Shown piece by piece: positions 39,815 through 52,230 of a DNA stretch of 64,000 nt. How positions within the stretch are numbered: the stretch's first letter is position 1; each line of letters opens with the position of its first letter. Source of the stretch: Octopus vulgaris (lineage: Eukaryota); NCBI GenBank assembly GCA_951406725.2, contig OX597820.1:102734001-102798000 (forward strand), read 5' to 3'. A program made the position numbers and the translations under genes. Under the pieces are notes generated by a model. That model saw nothing but the letters and a program-made list of their open reading frames with translations, was not told the DNA's origin and ran no database searches.

Positions 39815-40355
39815 ATTAACCTGTGCGCGTAAGCAAAAGCGAGGTATTGTAGTCGCTCGTCTTTGTTTGTTTGTCTCTGTTTTTGCAAAATTATTGGGAA
39901 ACGGCCCAACGGATTTTCACCAAATTTAGAAGAAATACCCATTGGATGCGTGGCTCATTAAATTTTGGTTTGATTATCTTCAAAACTGACCGACGGGTAA
40001 ATTAAAATATTTTTTCTTCTTTGTTACGTATGCATAAATGATGAGCAGGGAAAATAACTTTTTATGTCATTTTGCTGAAATATGAATTCGTCTGAGAATA
40101 TATTTATTAAATAAAATTTTATTTTATCCTTGTGTGTGCTTAGTGTATGCATCGCCCCCACTCCCGATGCCTTATATTTTTTCATTTTCTATTGTGTCGT
40201 TGAAGTATATGAATAAATTAACGTTCATTGTGGTAAAATATATAATAAAATGCACATCGTGTGCAAAAGAAACTACAAATGTACAGGCTTCAAAGTTAAT
40301 GTATCACAATTTTCATTAGAGCGCTAAGGACAACTTCAACGAAGCACTCGTACTA
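39815..40355 (+). mobile_element. Helentron-associated (DINE-1/HINE-like) non-autonomous element
   Basis: attaacctgtgcgcgtaagc..gaggtattgt..(gttt)n gtct..acggattttcaccaaattt layout resembles HINEs. The 3' end is uncertain. Confidence 0.45.
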
Positions 40356-42584
40356 AATCAATTTATATAGCACAATACACTACAAAAAACTTTGCATCAG
40401 TGATATAAAATGCGAACTGTTTCAGTCGACCACAGTCGACCACTGTTTTTCTCGTTATATCTTGCATGACGAAACAAAGTCTCTCATTTATGAACTACTC
40501 TTCAACATAAGTATAAACTTATGCTGAAATTATCCAGTAATGACTATATTAAAGCCATTTATGAATACTAAAAGAAAATAATTTCATTGTCTGATCATAG
40601 AATTCTTCAAAGCAATACTAACAAAAGGAAAAAAAATTGCTACTATTGTTCAAATATGTAATCGTGTCATTTGAATAGGTAATGCATGTATAACTGCATT
40701 GTGCATAATTTCATTGTTACTGAAAAACGTAGGACAATTCCTTTCATAAATTTAACAAAAGATCATTCAAAAGCCAACTAGACCAGTATATAAACTCTAT
40801 TGATCGCCGCCACAAAGAAATCAGTACATTGCACTCGGAGAACATGTCTCAAAAGTAAATCAGGAGCGTTTAACCAACATTGCATCATTAACACAGTTTA
40901 GACTGAGAAATTTTACGTAGTAAATCTAATCAAAGAAATAATGAATAGAAAGACAGAGCTAACATCGACTTTCGGGAAGCATGAGAAAATATGCGAAAAT
41001 ATGGGAAACAGCCTCAGTAAGGCTGATGTCAAACGTTACAAAAAACGCTGGCATATCTTTTGTGCTAACAACTAAACAGAAGCCACAGAAGTTAACTATG
41101 ATCAAATTCATTGATGCTAGGGTTTGATTATGGTGTATGTACGTGTGTGTGTGTGTGCGTGTATTTGCGTGTGCGTATGTGTGTGTATGTGTGAGTGTGT
41201 GTGTGTAAAAACTACTCGCGTAGAAACTCATTCTGCCACTTGCAATGTTGAATTTACACAGCCAAAAAGCTAAACTTTGAGGAAAACCAAAGCACGAATT
41301 TAGTGAAGAACAAACTTTTATGCCTACATACATACATACAAATCATAATGATTTAGCCAGTGGCCTGCATACAAACAAGCGCTGTCCACTCTACCACTTG
41401 ATAGATTCAATTTAGAAGGTCTTGATTGTTTGGGACCATCACTAGACACATTCACTCAACCATATGAGCCTTAAGTTTTTACCCGTAAAATATTGTTACA
41501 TGTCATTCATGCACGAATGTAGCGGGTAACTTACAAACATTTCTTAGCTTAATTATGAATTCATCTGTCACAGTTTAAATTTAGAGTGTTATTTTCTTTT
41601 TTCGTTGGTGGGTTGGTGGGGACTGTCACTAGATACATTCACTCAAGTGTGTCATCCTTAACTTACGGCGAAAATATATTGCCACATGAAATCAACGCAC
41701 AGACATAGCGGAGAACTTATAAAAGTTTCGAAGCCTAACCTTCCGCCAATTAAATTGTGTCCTAAACAGATATTAATTTGGGTCATGTTCTCTCATTAGA
41801 AATAAGAGAACTTTCGAACTCCAGTTCAGTACAGCCCATATCTATCAATCTCACTTAAATTTTGAAAATCAGAAAAATATGAGAAAAAATAAATCGTCTA
41901 AAAGATTCCAAGTGCATTTTCAACTTCTTTTTTCTGTATTCATACCCCTGTTGAATAAAATTACTTCGTTCTATATGTATATGTATTTACGTGTGAGTGA
42001 GTATGTATGTACACACGCACATATATATATATTATATGCATGTGTTTCAGTATCAATATAACTGTGTGTATTTAGACATAGATGTATTATTGTAAGAGTT
42101 TCAAATATAAGACGATATAAAAATCTTTAAAATGTTAGCTGAGAAAGAAGTGAATACTAAAGTAGAGTTATATGTGTATTCTATATGACATTTCCTTCAA
42201 AGTTTCTTCAAAACTGACTGTGTAAATTATAGAGAATTAACGTACAGTGTGGGGGGGGGGGGCAAATAAATATTTGTTCTTTATTTAATTTCTAATGAAC
42301 ATAAATGGGATATACGAATACTATATTTGCATACAGATGCATAAACTAAGAATATGCAAAAGAAACTAATAAATTATAGTAACTAAGGAACTTATATACA
42401 ATCATAAATATTTAAAAATTGGTTGTGCAATATTTTTTATGTGAAGTCGTGTGTTGAAACAGATATTGTTATATTTCGGAATGGTCATATTGCCAGTTTA
42501 GCCAATAAAAACACACGCACTATATATTTGGTGTTATTTTGCTTCAGTGTTATTTATTTTTTACATTAATCTTAATCTTATTTC

Positions 42585-42628
42585 GACCAGAGTTCTTTCG
42601 TCACACTCCTGAGACCGCATCAGTGGTC
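42585..42628 (-). ncRNA. Type I hammerhead-like fold with A9C core
   Basis: GACCA-CTGATGC-G-GTCTC-AGGAGT-GTGAC-GAAAG-AA-CTC-TGGTC: 5-bp stem I, stem II, 2-bp stem III, CUC triplet. Confidence 0.6.
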
Positions 42629-42972
42629 CTTTGTTTTCTTCTTTCTTATTTGTGTCTCTCCTTACTAACCGTCAGCCATTTTGTATTTCTATTGTATGTC
42701 TTCATTTGCGCATGCTTATATCCCTATGTGCGTCTATGTTTATTTAGTGTGTATGTGGGGGGATGCCTGTAATATTTGTATCTTCTGTTTATATATGTTC
42801 ATGTAATTTGTATTTTGTTTTTTGTTTTTGTTGTTTTTGTTTATTCTTATTTTGTTCATGTGTTTACATCCACTTATTATTATCATTACATATGCATGTA
42901 TGTATGTATGTATAACAACAATACTAGTAATAATAATAATAAATCGAATCGAAATATATATATATATATATA

Positions 42973-43196
42973 TACTCTTTTACTCTTTTACTCTTTTACT
43001 TGTTTCAGTCATTTGACTGCGGCCATGCTGGAGCACCACCTTTAGTCGAGCAAATCGACCCCGGGACTTATTCTTTGTAAGCCCAGTACTTATTCTATCG
43101 GTCTTTTTGCCGAACCGCTAAGTGACGTAGACGTAAACACACCAGCATCGGTTGTCAAGCGATGGTGGGGGGACAAACACAGACACACAAACATAT

Positions 43197-43232
<36 letters not shown>

Positions 43233-43402
43233 ATATATACGACAGGCTTCTTTCAGTTTCCGTCTACCAAATCCACTCACAAGGCATTGGTCGACCCGGG
43301 GCTATAGCAGAAGACACTTGTCCAAGATGCCACGCAGTGGGACTGAACCCAGAACCGTGTGGCTGGTAAGCAAGCTACTTACTACACAGCCACTCCTGCG
43401 CC
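42973..43402 (-). mobile_element. SINE family A, full-length young copy
   Basis: Minus strand begins ggcgcaggagtggctgtgtagtaag (A box) then ggttcagtccc (B box), with an internal (TA)(TG) tract and a (gtaaaaga)n tail. Inserted in (TA)n. Confidence 0.9.
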
Positions 43403-43929
43403 TATATAGTTATTTATTTCAATTAGTTTATTTATCTGTGTATTTATTATGTTTTCAGGATCGTCTATCGTCATATGTTGTGGTGTGTGTTAGTGCTCCA
43501 TTCTAGTTTTCTATTCAGGCTAGGTTTATTTTCTATTATGTGTGTAGCTTCTGTAATTTATGATTTTCTATGCCACAAAATACGGTTAAAATAATTTTTT
43601 TTACTAGAACTTTCTCGTTTGTTACAATAATCTTATCATTTGTCATTTTTAAGTGTCAAAGCGCTAGCTTCATCATTCTGCATTGAGACAACATAAATAT
43701 GAACAAAATAAGAATAAACAAAAACAACAAAAACAAAAAACAAAATACAAATTACATGAACATATATAAACAGAAGATACAAATATTACAGGCATCCCCC
43801 CACATAAACACTAAATAAACATAGACGCACATAGGGATATAAGCATGCGCAAATGAAGACATACAATAGAAATACAAAATGGCTGACGGTTAGTAAGGAG
43901 AGACACAAATAAGAAAGAAGAAAACAAAG

Positions 43930-43973
43930 GACCACTGATGCGGTCTCAGGAGTGTGACGAAAGAACTCTGGCC
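43930..43973 (+). ncRNA. Second copy of the A9C hammerhead-like fold
   Basis: Same as 42585-42628 except the stem I 3' strand is TGGCC (one mismatch). Confidence 0.55.
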
Positions 43974-44290
43974 GAAATAAGATTAAGATTAATGTAAAAA
44001 ATAAATAACACTGAAGCAAAATAACACCAAATATATAGTGCGTGTGTTTTTATTGGCTAAACTGGCAATATGACCATTCCGAAATATAACAACATAAATA
44101 TTTAGGTGTGAAAAAAGTATTTGCACAGAATAAATTTATGATTTTCTATGCCACAAAATACGGTTAAAATAATTTTTTTTTCCTAGAACTTTCTCGTTTG
44201 TTACAATAATCTTATCATTTGTCATTTCTAAGTGTCAAAGCGCTAGCTTCTTCATTCTGCACTGAGACAACATAAAGTAGTATCGTAATA

Positions 44291-45286
44291 ATGGCGAAAA
44301 GAAAAGATCTCACAAATACAGTGAAAAACTTAATTATTGAACAATGGAAAGCAGGTAAAAGTTACAGGAAAATATCAAAGATCCTTTGTATTCCATTTTC
44401 TACCATATCTTCATTTATTCAATGATATAAAAAATCGAGAACTGTTGAAAACAGAATAAGATCCAGTGCACCATGCATTTTCCGTAGATCTTTAAGAAAA
44501 ATGAAGTGAAGAATCGAAAAAACGCAATGATCACCAGAAAGGAGTTGCCAGAAAATTTGTTAGCTGCAGGAACTAGTGTTACACTATGAACAATCAACAA
44601 TGAACTTCATAGGAATGAACTGAAGTCACGCTCTCCTGGAAAAACTCCGCAGCCCGTTTAAAATTTGTTTATGAACATAAAGATAAATCTGATATATCCT
44701 GGGAAAATGTTCTATGGACAGACGAGTCGAAAATTGAATTGTTTGGAAGAAATTCGCGTAGCCATGTTTGAAGAAAAGATGGTACCGCCTATTCGCTGAA
44801 AAACACAATTACTACCATAAAGTTTGGAGGTGGCAACATCATGGTGTGGAGGTGTTTCTCTGCAAATGGTACTGGCAATTTACATGTGATAGATGGTAGA
44901 ATGAATGCAGAGATGTACCAAAATATTTTGAACAATAATTTATGGGACTCTGTAGAAAAGCTCCAGCTTTGTGAAGGGTGGGTTTTACAACAGGATAACA
45001 ACCCTAAGCACACGGCGAAGTCTATCAAAAATGGATAGTCGATCACAATATAAAATTTATAGAATGGTCAAGCCAGTCACCTGACTTGAACCCCATTGAA
45101 AATTTGTGGCGTTATTTGAAAATTAAAATTTATTCAAGAGCCTCAATGTGCGTTCCAGATTTGAAGAAAATTTGTCAAGAAGAATGGGAAAAAATTCCTA
45201 ATGAAACATGCGAGTCATTGAGTAAGAACTACAAGAAGAGATTGGTTGAAGTTGAACTGAATAATGGCTATGCTACGAAGTATTAA
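44291..45286 (+). pseudogene. Tc1-like DD34E transposase, disrupted
   Basis: MAKRKDLT..GKSYRKIS (HTH), [39 protein letters not shown]. Second D to E is 104 nt, consistent with D34E minus one base. Confidence 0.92.
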
Positions 45287-45356
45287 ATCAGAATTATCAG
45301 TTATTTATGTTTGTACGAATACTTTTTACACCCCAAAATATTTGTAATTGTATATA

Positions 45357-46104
45357 TATTTCTTTACTATCCACAAGGGGCTAAATACAGAGAGGAAAAA
45401 CAAGGACAGACAAACCGATTAAGACGATTATATCGACACCAGTGCGTAACTGCTACTTATTTAGTCGACCCCGAAAGGATGAAAGGCAAAGGCAAAGTCG
45501 AACTGGGCAGAATTTGAACTCAGAACGTAACGACAGACGAAATACCTATTTCTTTACTACCCACAAAGGGCTAAGCATTTCGCCCGGCGTGCAAACGTTT
45601 CTGCCAGCTCGCCGCCTTTTAAAGGATGAGAAGGCAAAGTCGACCTCGGCAGAATTTGAACTCAGAACGTAAAGACGAACGAAATGCCTATTTCTTTACT
45701 ACCCACAAGGGGCTAAACACAGGGAGGACAAACAAGGACAGACAAACGGATTAAGTCGATTACATCGACCCCAGTGCGTAACTGCTACTTATTTAATCGA
45801 CCCCGAAAGGATGAAAGGCAAAGTTGACCTCGGCGGAATTTGAACTCAGAACGTAACGCCAGACGAAATTCCTATTTCTTTACTACCCACAAGGGACTAA
45901 ACACAGCGAGGACAAACAAAGGTATACAAACGGATTAAGTCGATTACATCGACCCCAGTGTGTAACTGGTACTTAATTTATCGACCCCGAAAGGATGAAA
46001 GGCAAAGTCGACTTGGGCGGAATTTAAACTCATAACGTAACAGCAGACGAAATACGGCTACGCATTTTGCCCGGCGTGCTAACGTATCTGCCAGCTCGCC
46101 GACT
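45357..46104 (-). mobile_element. Head-to-tail multimer of SINE family B (about 4 units)
   Basis: Unit boundaries at ~45357, 45546, 45688 and 45872. A 21-bp TSD with one mismatch lies at 45336-45356 and 46106-46126. Confidence 0.9.
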
Positions 46105-47155
46105 TAAATATTTATAATTGTATATAAATTCTTTAGTAACAATAGTTTATTAGTTTCTTTTGCATAGTCTTAGTTTATGCATGTGTATACAAGTATAGTA
46201 GTGGTATATCCCATTTATGTTCATTAGAAATTAGATAAATAAAGAATTTTGACATTTACGAATATTTATTTTCCCCCACTGTACATCAGTGAATTGTAAA
46301 GATTGGATGTCTTCAGGAATGGTGGTTTAATTGAAAGGGAGGAGTGAAGTCGCATATGGTGCAAGACTAAAGAAATTATTGAACAACAGATATTAGGCTA
46401 TGGTTACCATAAATAAGTAATTGATTGAGAGGAAATAGAACAAAGTAGTGCAAAATATTGAAAAGAATATTTTATCGTATACTGTGAGAGTAGGCAAAAT
46501 AGTGTTTGAAGAGATGTGCGATAGTTTAGTTATTTTAGAGAGTAAAAATCAATTAAATAAGCCTGTTTCTTGAATTTTTAAAATTTTAGAAGCATCCATG
46601 AATAGTTTAGTAACGGAGAAATGTAAACCTAATTTTTGTGTAGATTTTAAAATAACATCAGTTATTTTAGTTTAAAATTTATGTTAAAACATGTTTATTT
46701 AAAACAAAGTAATTTTGGTTACACCAGCAATGCAAATATTATGAAATCACTTAACGCATATAGTTATAGATGTTTTTTTGGGTTATTTATTTTATTGAAA
46801 TATTCTTTATTTGAAAGACTGTGTCTATATATACATTTGTGCGTGCATTAAACGATAGCAATACTACTGCTAAAAAAATTGTGATGGTATTAGACATAGA
46901 AGAACCAGATACTACAGTTTAAATCCATGTACTGACATCAGTAGTGATCTTTCTACTAGTTTCTACAACCTTTGAAAAGCTGATTTAGGCATTAATAGTA
47001 AATATCTTCCACTGTCTGCGATTCCCAAAAATTAAGCTCAACTTCACTTAGCTTCTATTGGAGTATGAAATCTATTTTTAGTTTATATAACTAAAAGATG
47101 AAACATTGTTGTTACAGCAAATGAAAAAAATATTTATTATTATTCTTGTTGTTCA

Positions 47156-47223
47156 GGCGGCGAGCTGGCAGATACGTTAGCGCGGTGGGTGAAATGCTTA
47201 GCCGTATTTCGTCTGCCGCTACG
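47156..47223 (+). mobile_element. SINE family B head only
   Basis: ggcggcgagctggcagatacgttagcgcgg...gtatttcgtctgccgctacg. Confidence 0.75.
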
Positions 47224-47224
47224 A

Positions 47225-48240
47225 AGCGGCAGTTGAATTTTACTGAAGAACGAAAGACGAAGACTGATGTATAAACAACAAACAGTGGTAGTTTAACGCT
47301 CGGGAAGGTAAGAAAATCTTTTAAGTTTCGAGCCTGGGCTCTTCAACTGAAAGGAACACGAGGAAATAAACAAAGAAAGAATTTAAAAAAATTTTATCTA
47401 GCGGTCAATCATGGTGGCTGGCTGGACAAAGGTAGTTAGACAGGAGAGCAAGGTATGAGTTTGGGGTCACGATGTAGGGTAGGGCTGGGTTTGGATGGAG
47501 GGGGTATCGATGAAAGGAGAAGGTGGGTAGGAGTGAAGGGAGGAAGCAGGTGTCAGGTGAAAAGAGGATAGGAGGGAAGTCAGATGAAGAGGAGAGGGGA
47601 GTTGAGCCCATGTGGAGCAAAAAAGAGAAGATCAATCCGTGTTCACGGCGAAGGTGACAGTCCAGATGGCTCCTAAGCAAAGACAATCCGAACACGATAA
47701 ATGATGGGTAGAGTGAAAATGGAGCGAGACCGAGGTGTCGTTGCCGAATCTAATGTCTCAAAGGTGCTCCGCGAACCGGTCAACCAAGTGGCGTCCCCTT
47801 CCGTTTGACCGATGTACAGAGAAGGACAGAAAGAGTAGGAGATGCAGTAAATGATGTTGCTAGAAGTGCAGGTAAAAGAGTCGGTGATATGATAGGGGCG
47901 ATGATGGTTGTGTGAGGATGGTGGTGATAGAGAGGTAGGAGCAAGTTCGGCAGCATGGGTGGAAGCAGGGGAACGAGCCAGGCTGGGAGGTGGATTTAGG
48001 GAAAAAACTGTGGACCGCGAGATCACGTAGGTTGTGGGCTCGTTTGAAGTAGGGGATGAGTAGGTTGGGGAAGATGTGCGAAGTGGAGTCGCTGGAAGGC
48101 ACGGAGAATGGTGTGTTGGAGAGGTGGTAGGTGAGGGGAAAAGAGAGACGGGTAATGGTGGGGCGGGTGCGAGGAGAGAGAGAGAGAGCAAAGCACGGTC
48201 CACGGAAGTGCTCTGGCAAGGATGGTGTGGATGGGCCGAG
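47225..48240 (-). mobile_element. Penelope-like element 3' part: GIY-YIG remnant plus pLTR with degenerate hammerhead (47318-47353)
   Basis: GSFPCFHPCCRTC and HITDSFTCTSSNIIYCISYSFCPSLYIGQT, then RFAEHL after a frameshift. Downstream: ctttCAGTTGAagagcccaggctcGAAActtaaaag. Confidence 0.85.
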
Positions 48241-48639
48241 CCACATATATATATATATATATATATATGTGTGTTTGTATACATAAAGATATGTATGTGT
48301 GTGCGTGTGTATTTGTATATGTGTATGTGTGTGTATGTGTGTGGTGGGAGCACTGCCAATATATGGAATATTTCTTTAATGTACATAATACTTATGACCG
48401 TCCTTGCCAAAAGGATGTACCAATTTCTCGACCAAATCAGCATCCTTCCCTTTAAACAAAAGGGTGCAAAAGAAACTCATACGTTTGTAAAGATCAGCTA
48501 TTAATAAACCGTATGGTACTCGAAAATTACTCATCCAAAAAACGAAAACGAAGCACAGCATGGATTGACTATCGTTAGGCATTTGACGTTGTGCCACATA
48601 GCTGTATCTTAAAGGCACAAAATATATGTATGGTCTCTC

Positions 48640-50060
48640 CTTTCGTAATATATGTTCTACAACACAGTATGAAACTGTGAAACACAAAATTGTTTCTCAA
48701 CCACGAGAGAACATCAGAATAGATCGTTGAATATTCCAGGGTGATTCACTCTCTCATCTCCTCTTCTGTCTTACTCTCATTCTGTTATACCATGAGATAG
48801 ATAAAACAAATTATGGCTACAAATTGTTTGATAAAATCATCTCACATTGGCTCTATATGCTTGATCTGAAATTATATGCAAATGATGGCAAGATCTAAAA
48901 GGCCTACCGGTAACTGCAAAAAGAAATCAGTGATGACATCAAAATGGAAATTGGCCGTGACAAATGTGCGGTACACTAAAGGAAAGGGATAGCACGGACC
49001 AATGAAAGAGAATACCAGGAAAGAGTATTATAAACGTGTCAGAATGGTCCTGAATACTGAACTAAACTCCCAGAATAGAATTGTAGTTATAAACTCCCTA
49101 GAGGTACCAGTCGTCCGGTATAGCCTTAATGTCATCAATTGGAACCTGTGTGAACTCCAGTGTATGGACATAAATATCAGGAAACTGCTGATACAAAACA
49201 GTATGTTCACCCAAAATCAGGTTCTATCTCCCACGAAAGGAAGGAGGTAGGAGCCTAATACAATTTCAAACGATCTTTAAAACAACCACTTTAGGACTCC
49301 AAATGTACATCCAAAGTAACACCAACTGCCTGATATAGCTGGTGTGGCAACACGAACAGAGTAAGAAACTTCAATCAATTTAAAAGGAGGTATATAAATA
49401 CAGACGAGAGTTTAACCGCCCTGATTATGATGTCAGCAAAAGCCAAATAGGAGAGCTTGAAGGGAATATCAAGACTGTGGAAAAAAGAACGATTGCGTGG
49501 GCAATATCACAAACGAGCTGGAGATGTAAGCATGAGAAGAACACTTCAGTAGCTGCAGAACACTGGTTTGAAAGCAGAAACAGAAAGATTTATACTAGCG
49601 GCACAAGATTAGAGTCTCCTCGACTGAAACTAATAATCTTATGTCACATACAGTGAGACAGACACAAAATGTAGACTGTACAATGACAAGCCTGAAAGTA
49701 TTGACCATATTGTTACCGGTTGCTCAGTTCTTGTTCTTACTGAATATAAAACCAGGCACAGTCGAGTTGGTCAATACTTGCACTGGAGCATATGCCATCA
49801 CTATGATAACCCACACCCTAAGAACTGGCATGAACGCTATCGATTGGCAGTCACTGAGAGATTGTTAGCATCCTATGGGATCATGGGATACATACAGACA
49901 GGCAAATAAATGTTAACAGACCAGGCATCGTCATCAAAGACTTAAATTTAAAAAACATGCCTGTTAATTGATACGACAGTGCCTATCGATAGAAACATTT
50001 CAGCAAAAAAATTTGATAAACTCTCGAAATATAAGAACCATGAGTTTAAGATGTCTAAGA
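48640..50060 (+). pseudogene. R4/Dong-clade LINE remnant (RT, CCHC, RLE)
   Basis: IFQGDSLSHLLFCL, YMLDLKLYA, KEYYKRVRMVLNTELNSQN, CRLY..PESIDHIVTGC, RHSRVGQYLHW, IHTDRQINVNRPGIVIKD. Confidence 0.88.
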
Positions 50061-50823
50061 CGTCCTCTCAATGATTAGCCAGAGATGATTTTTAAAATGA
50101 GAATATCTGAAATAAACTCAACTGCTCTCACAAACAAGAATACTAAAAATGAACACGAATACTCTCAAAAATTAAAAAAAAAAAAACACAGGAAAAATAA
50201 TCCAGAACCCTTGTCAGATACGGGATCGATCCCAAAATCTATTCAGTTCGCGCCAACAACGACAACGTCAGCAGTAGCAGCAGAAACAACAACAACAACA
50301 ATAACAATAACGATATTGATAATCCTTTATTTGCTGCACACATAAACAGTATACAAATGCACATTGCTGCAATACATACACTTACGCACGCTTGTTATCT
50401 ATTTCCCGAACATATACTTTGCTAAAAGTAGGATTTTCTAAGCATCCCCATGATTACTATATGCGTAAATAATTAATGGCCAGACGACATAAGCCGCTTT
50501 TAAAGAAGAAATAGGATATAGGATGATATGTAAACAACTAGGTTAATGAAAAGATAATGAAGAAACAGTCAGATTACAATTACTTTTAATGCTAAAGTTA
50601 TGTGGATGATTTATCGCAGCATGGGTTGGAATTATTAGGTAGTCTATTTTTGCTTTTAAACTAATGTATTATCAAACTTTAAACAGAAACAAATGACATA
50701 CTTTTTGGGAAGTGAAAGATTGAAAGATATATGTACAGAAAATGATAAAATGTTTGTGTATGTTTACCGTGATTAGAAGTAGAATTTACAATGTTTTTAA
50801 AAGTGATATTATTATTATTGTTA

Positions 50824-50881
<58 letters not shown>

Positions 50882-50893
50882 GATCATCATCAA

Positions 50894-50953
<60 letters not shown>

Positions 50954-50967
50954 TATTATTATTATTA

Positions 50968-51498
50968 TTGAGTGAGAGAGCAGTGCATACCAACAAAGTG
51001 ACACTGGGGTAAAATATACAAAGCCCAGTATACCCATCGTGACTACCTGTCTGATATGGGCACACCAGGCACATGCCTCACAATCATATGTGCGTGACAT
51101 GGTGATCTCATATCAAGATTAACAGCACATGACCTTGCAGGTGGGGCCCAGCTAGAATTTTCTTCAGGTCGAGTAGCCCATCCCACTCAAAAGGTCCCTG
51201 AATAAGGATTAAGGATGTTGAACGAAGGTGAATTATTCAAACCCCGAAGAATTCCTCTCAACACAGGTCTATGATGCCCCCCCACTACTTCTGCTCATGA
51301 TCAGAGATGCACGTATAGTCAGCCACTAAGGGACATGCTCAACTGGTTAAGGTCAAACAACTGACAAGCAAATCTGTGGTATTGAGCTGAATATTTACTG
51401 TTAGCCCATCTTTTATACCAAGACAAAACAATGTACATGATAACACCTCCAATCAGTTAAGATGAGAAGCCTTGAGAGCCACTGCCTGTTACTGCATC
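50968..51498 (-). mobile_element. Family C TAA-associated element
   Basis: Colinear with 51675-52232 apart from small deletions; flanked by TTA/TCA arrays. Confidence 0.9.
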
Positions 51499-51565
<67 letters not shown>

Positions 51566-51590
51566 GCTGTTGTTGTTGTTGTTGTTGTTG

Positions 51591-51651
<61 letters not shown>

Positions 51652-51674
51652 CATCATCATCATTATTATTATTA

Positions 51675-52230
51675 TTGAGTGAGAGAGCAGTGCATGCCAT
51701 CAAAGTGACACTGGGGTAAAATATACGAAGCCCAATATACCCATCATGACTACCCGTCTGATAAGGGTACACCAGGCACATGCATCACAACCATATGTGC
51801 GCGACATGGTGATCTCATATCAAGATAAACAGCACATGACCTTGCAGGTGGGGCCCAGTTAGAATTTTCTTCAGGTTGAGTAGCCCATCCCGCTCAAAAG
51901 GTCCCTGAATAAGGGTTGTTTAAGGACGTTGAAAGAACCACCCATGTTTCCAGAGGTGAATTATTCAAACCCCAAAGAATCCCTCTCAACACATGGCTAT
52001 GATGCTCCCCCACTACTTCTGCTCGTGATCAGAGATGCACATATCGTCAGCCACTAAGGGACATGCTCAACTGGTTAAGATCAAACAACTGACAAGCAAA
52101 TCTGTGGTATTGAGCAGAATATTTGCTGTAGACCATCTTTTATACCAAGACAAAACAATGTACATGATAACACTTCCAATGAGTTAAGATCAGAAGCCAT
52201 GAGAGCCACTGCCTGGTACTGCATCAGGGC

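Larger units (their letters stand above)
42415..44092. mobile_element. Penelope-like insertion with inverted pLTR arms (42466-42859 and 43699-44092)
   Basis: 12-bp TSD CATAAATATTTA (42403-42414, 44093-44104) and 394-bp near-perfect inverted repeats, each carrying a hammerhead fold. Confidence 0.75.
42245..46281 (+). mobile_element. Tc1-family DNA transposon with long IR/DR-type TIRs, each interrupted by a retroelement
   Basis: TA|CAGTG...CACTG|TA ends. 42245-42414 matches the reverse complement of 46105-46281; inner TIR ends at ~44105-44135 and ~45303-45334. Confidence 0.9.

Noticed and set aside
42539-44019. Two identical 77-aa ORFs on opposite strands
   Set aside because: They are a by-product of the 394-bp inverted repeat, giving a low-complexity hydrophobic translation with a non-ATG start.
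45357-46104. Regularly spaced repeats suggesting a CRISPR-like array
   Set aside because: Whole units are homologous SINE sequence with no unique spacers, there are no cas genes, and the context is eukaryotic.
52211-52230. cctggtactgca hairpin resembling U2 snRNA stem-loop IV at the end of family C
   Set aside because: The match is only about 12 nt and no other U2 sequence is present.
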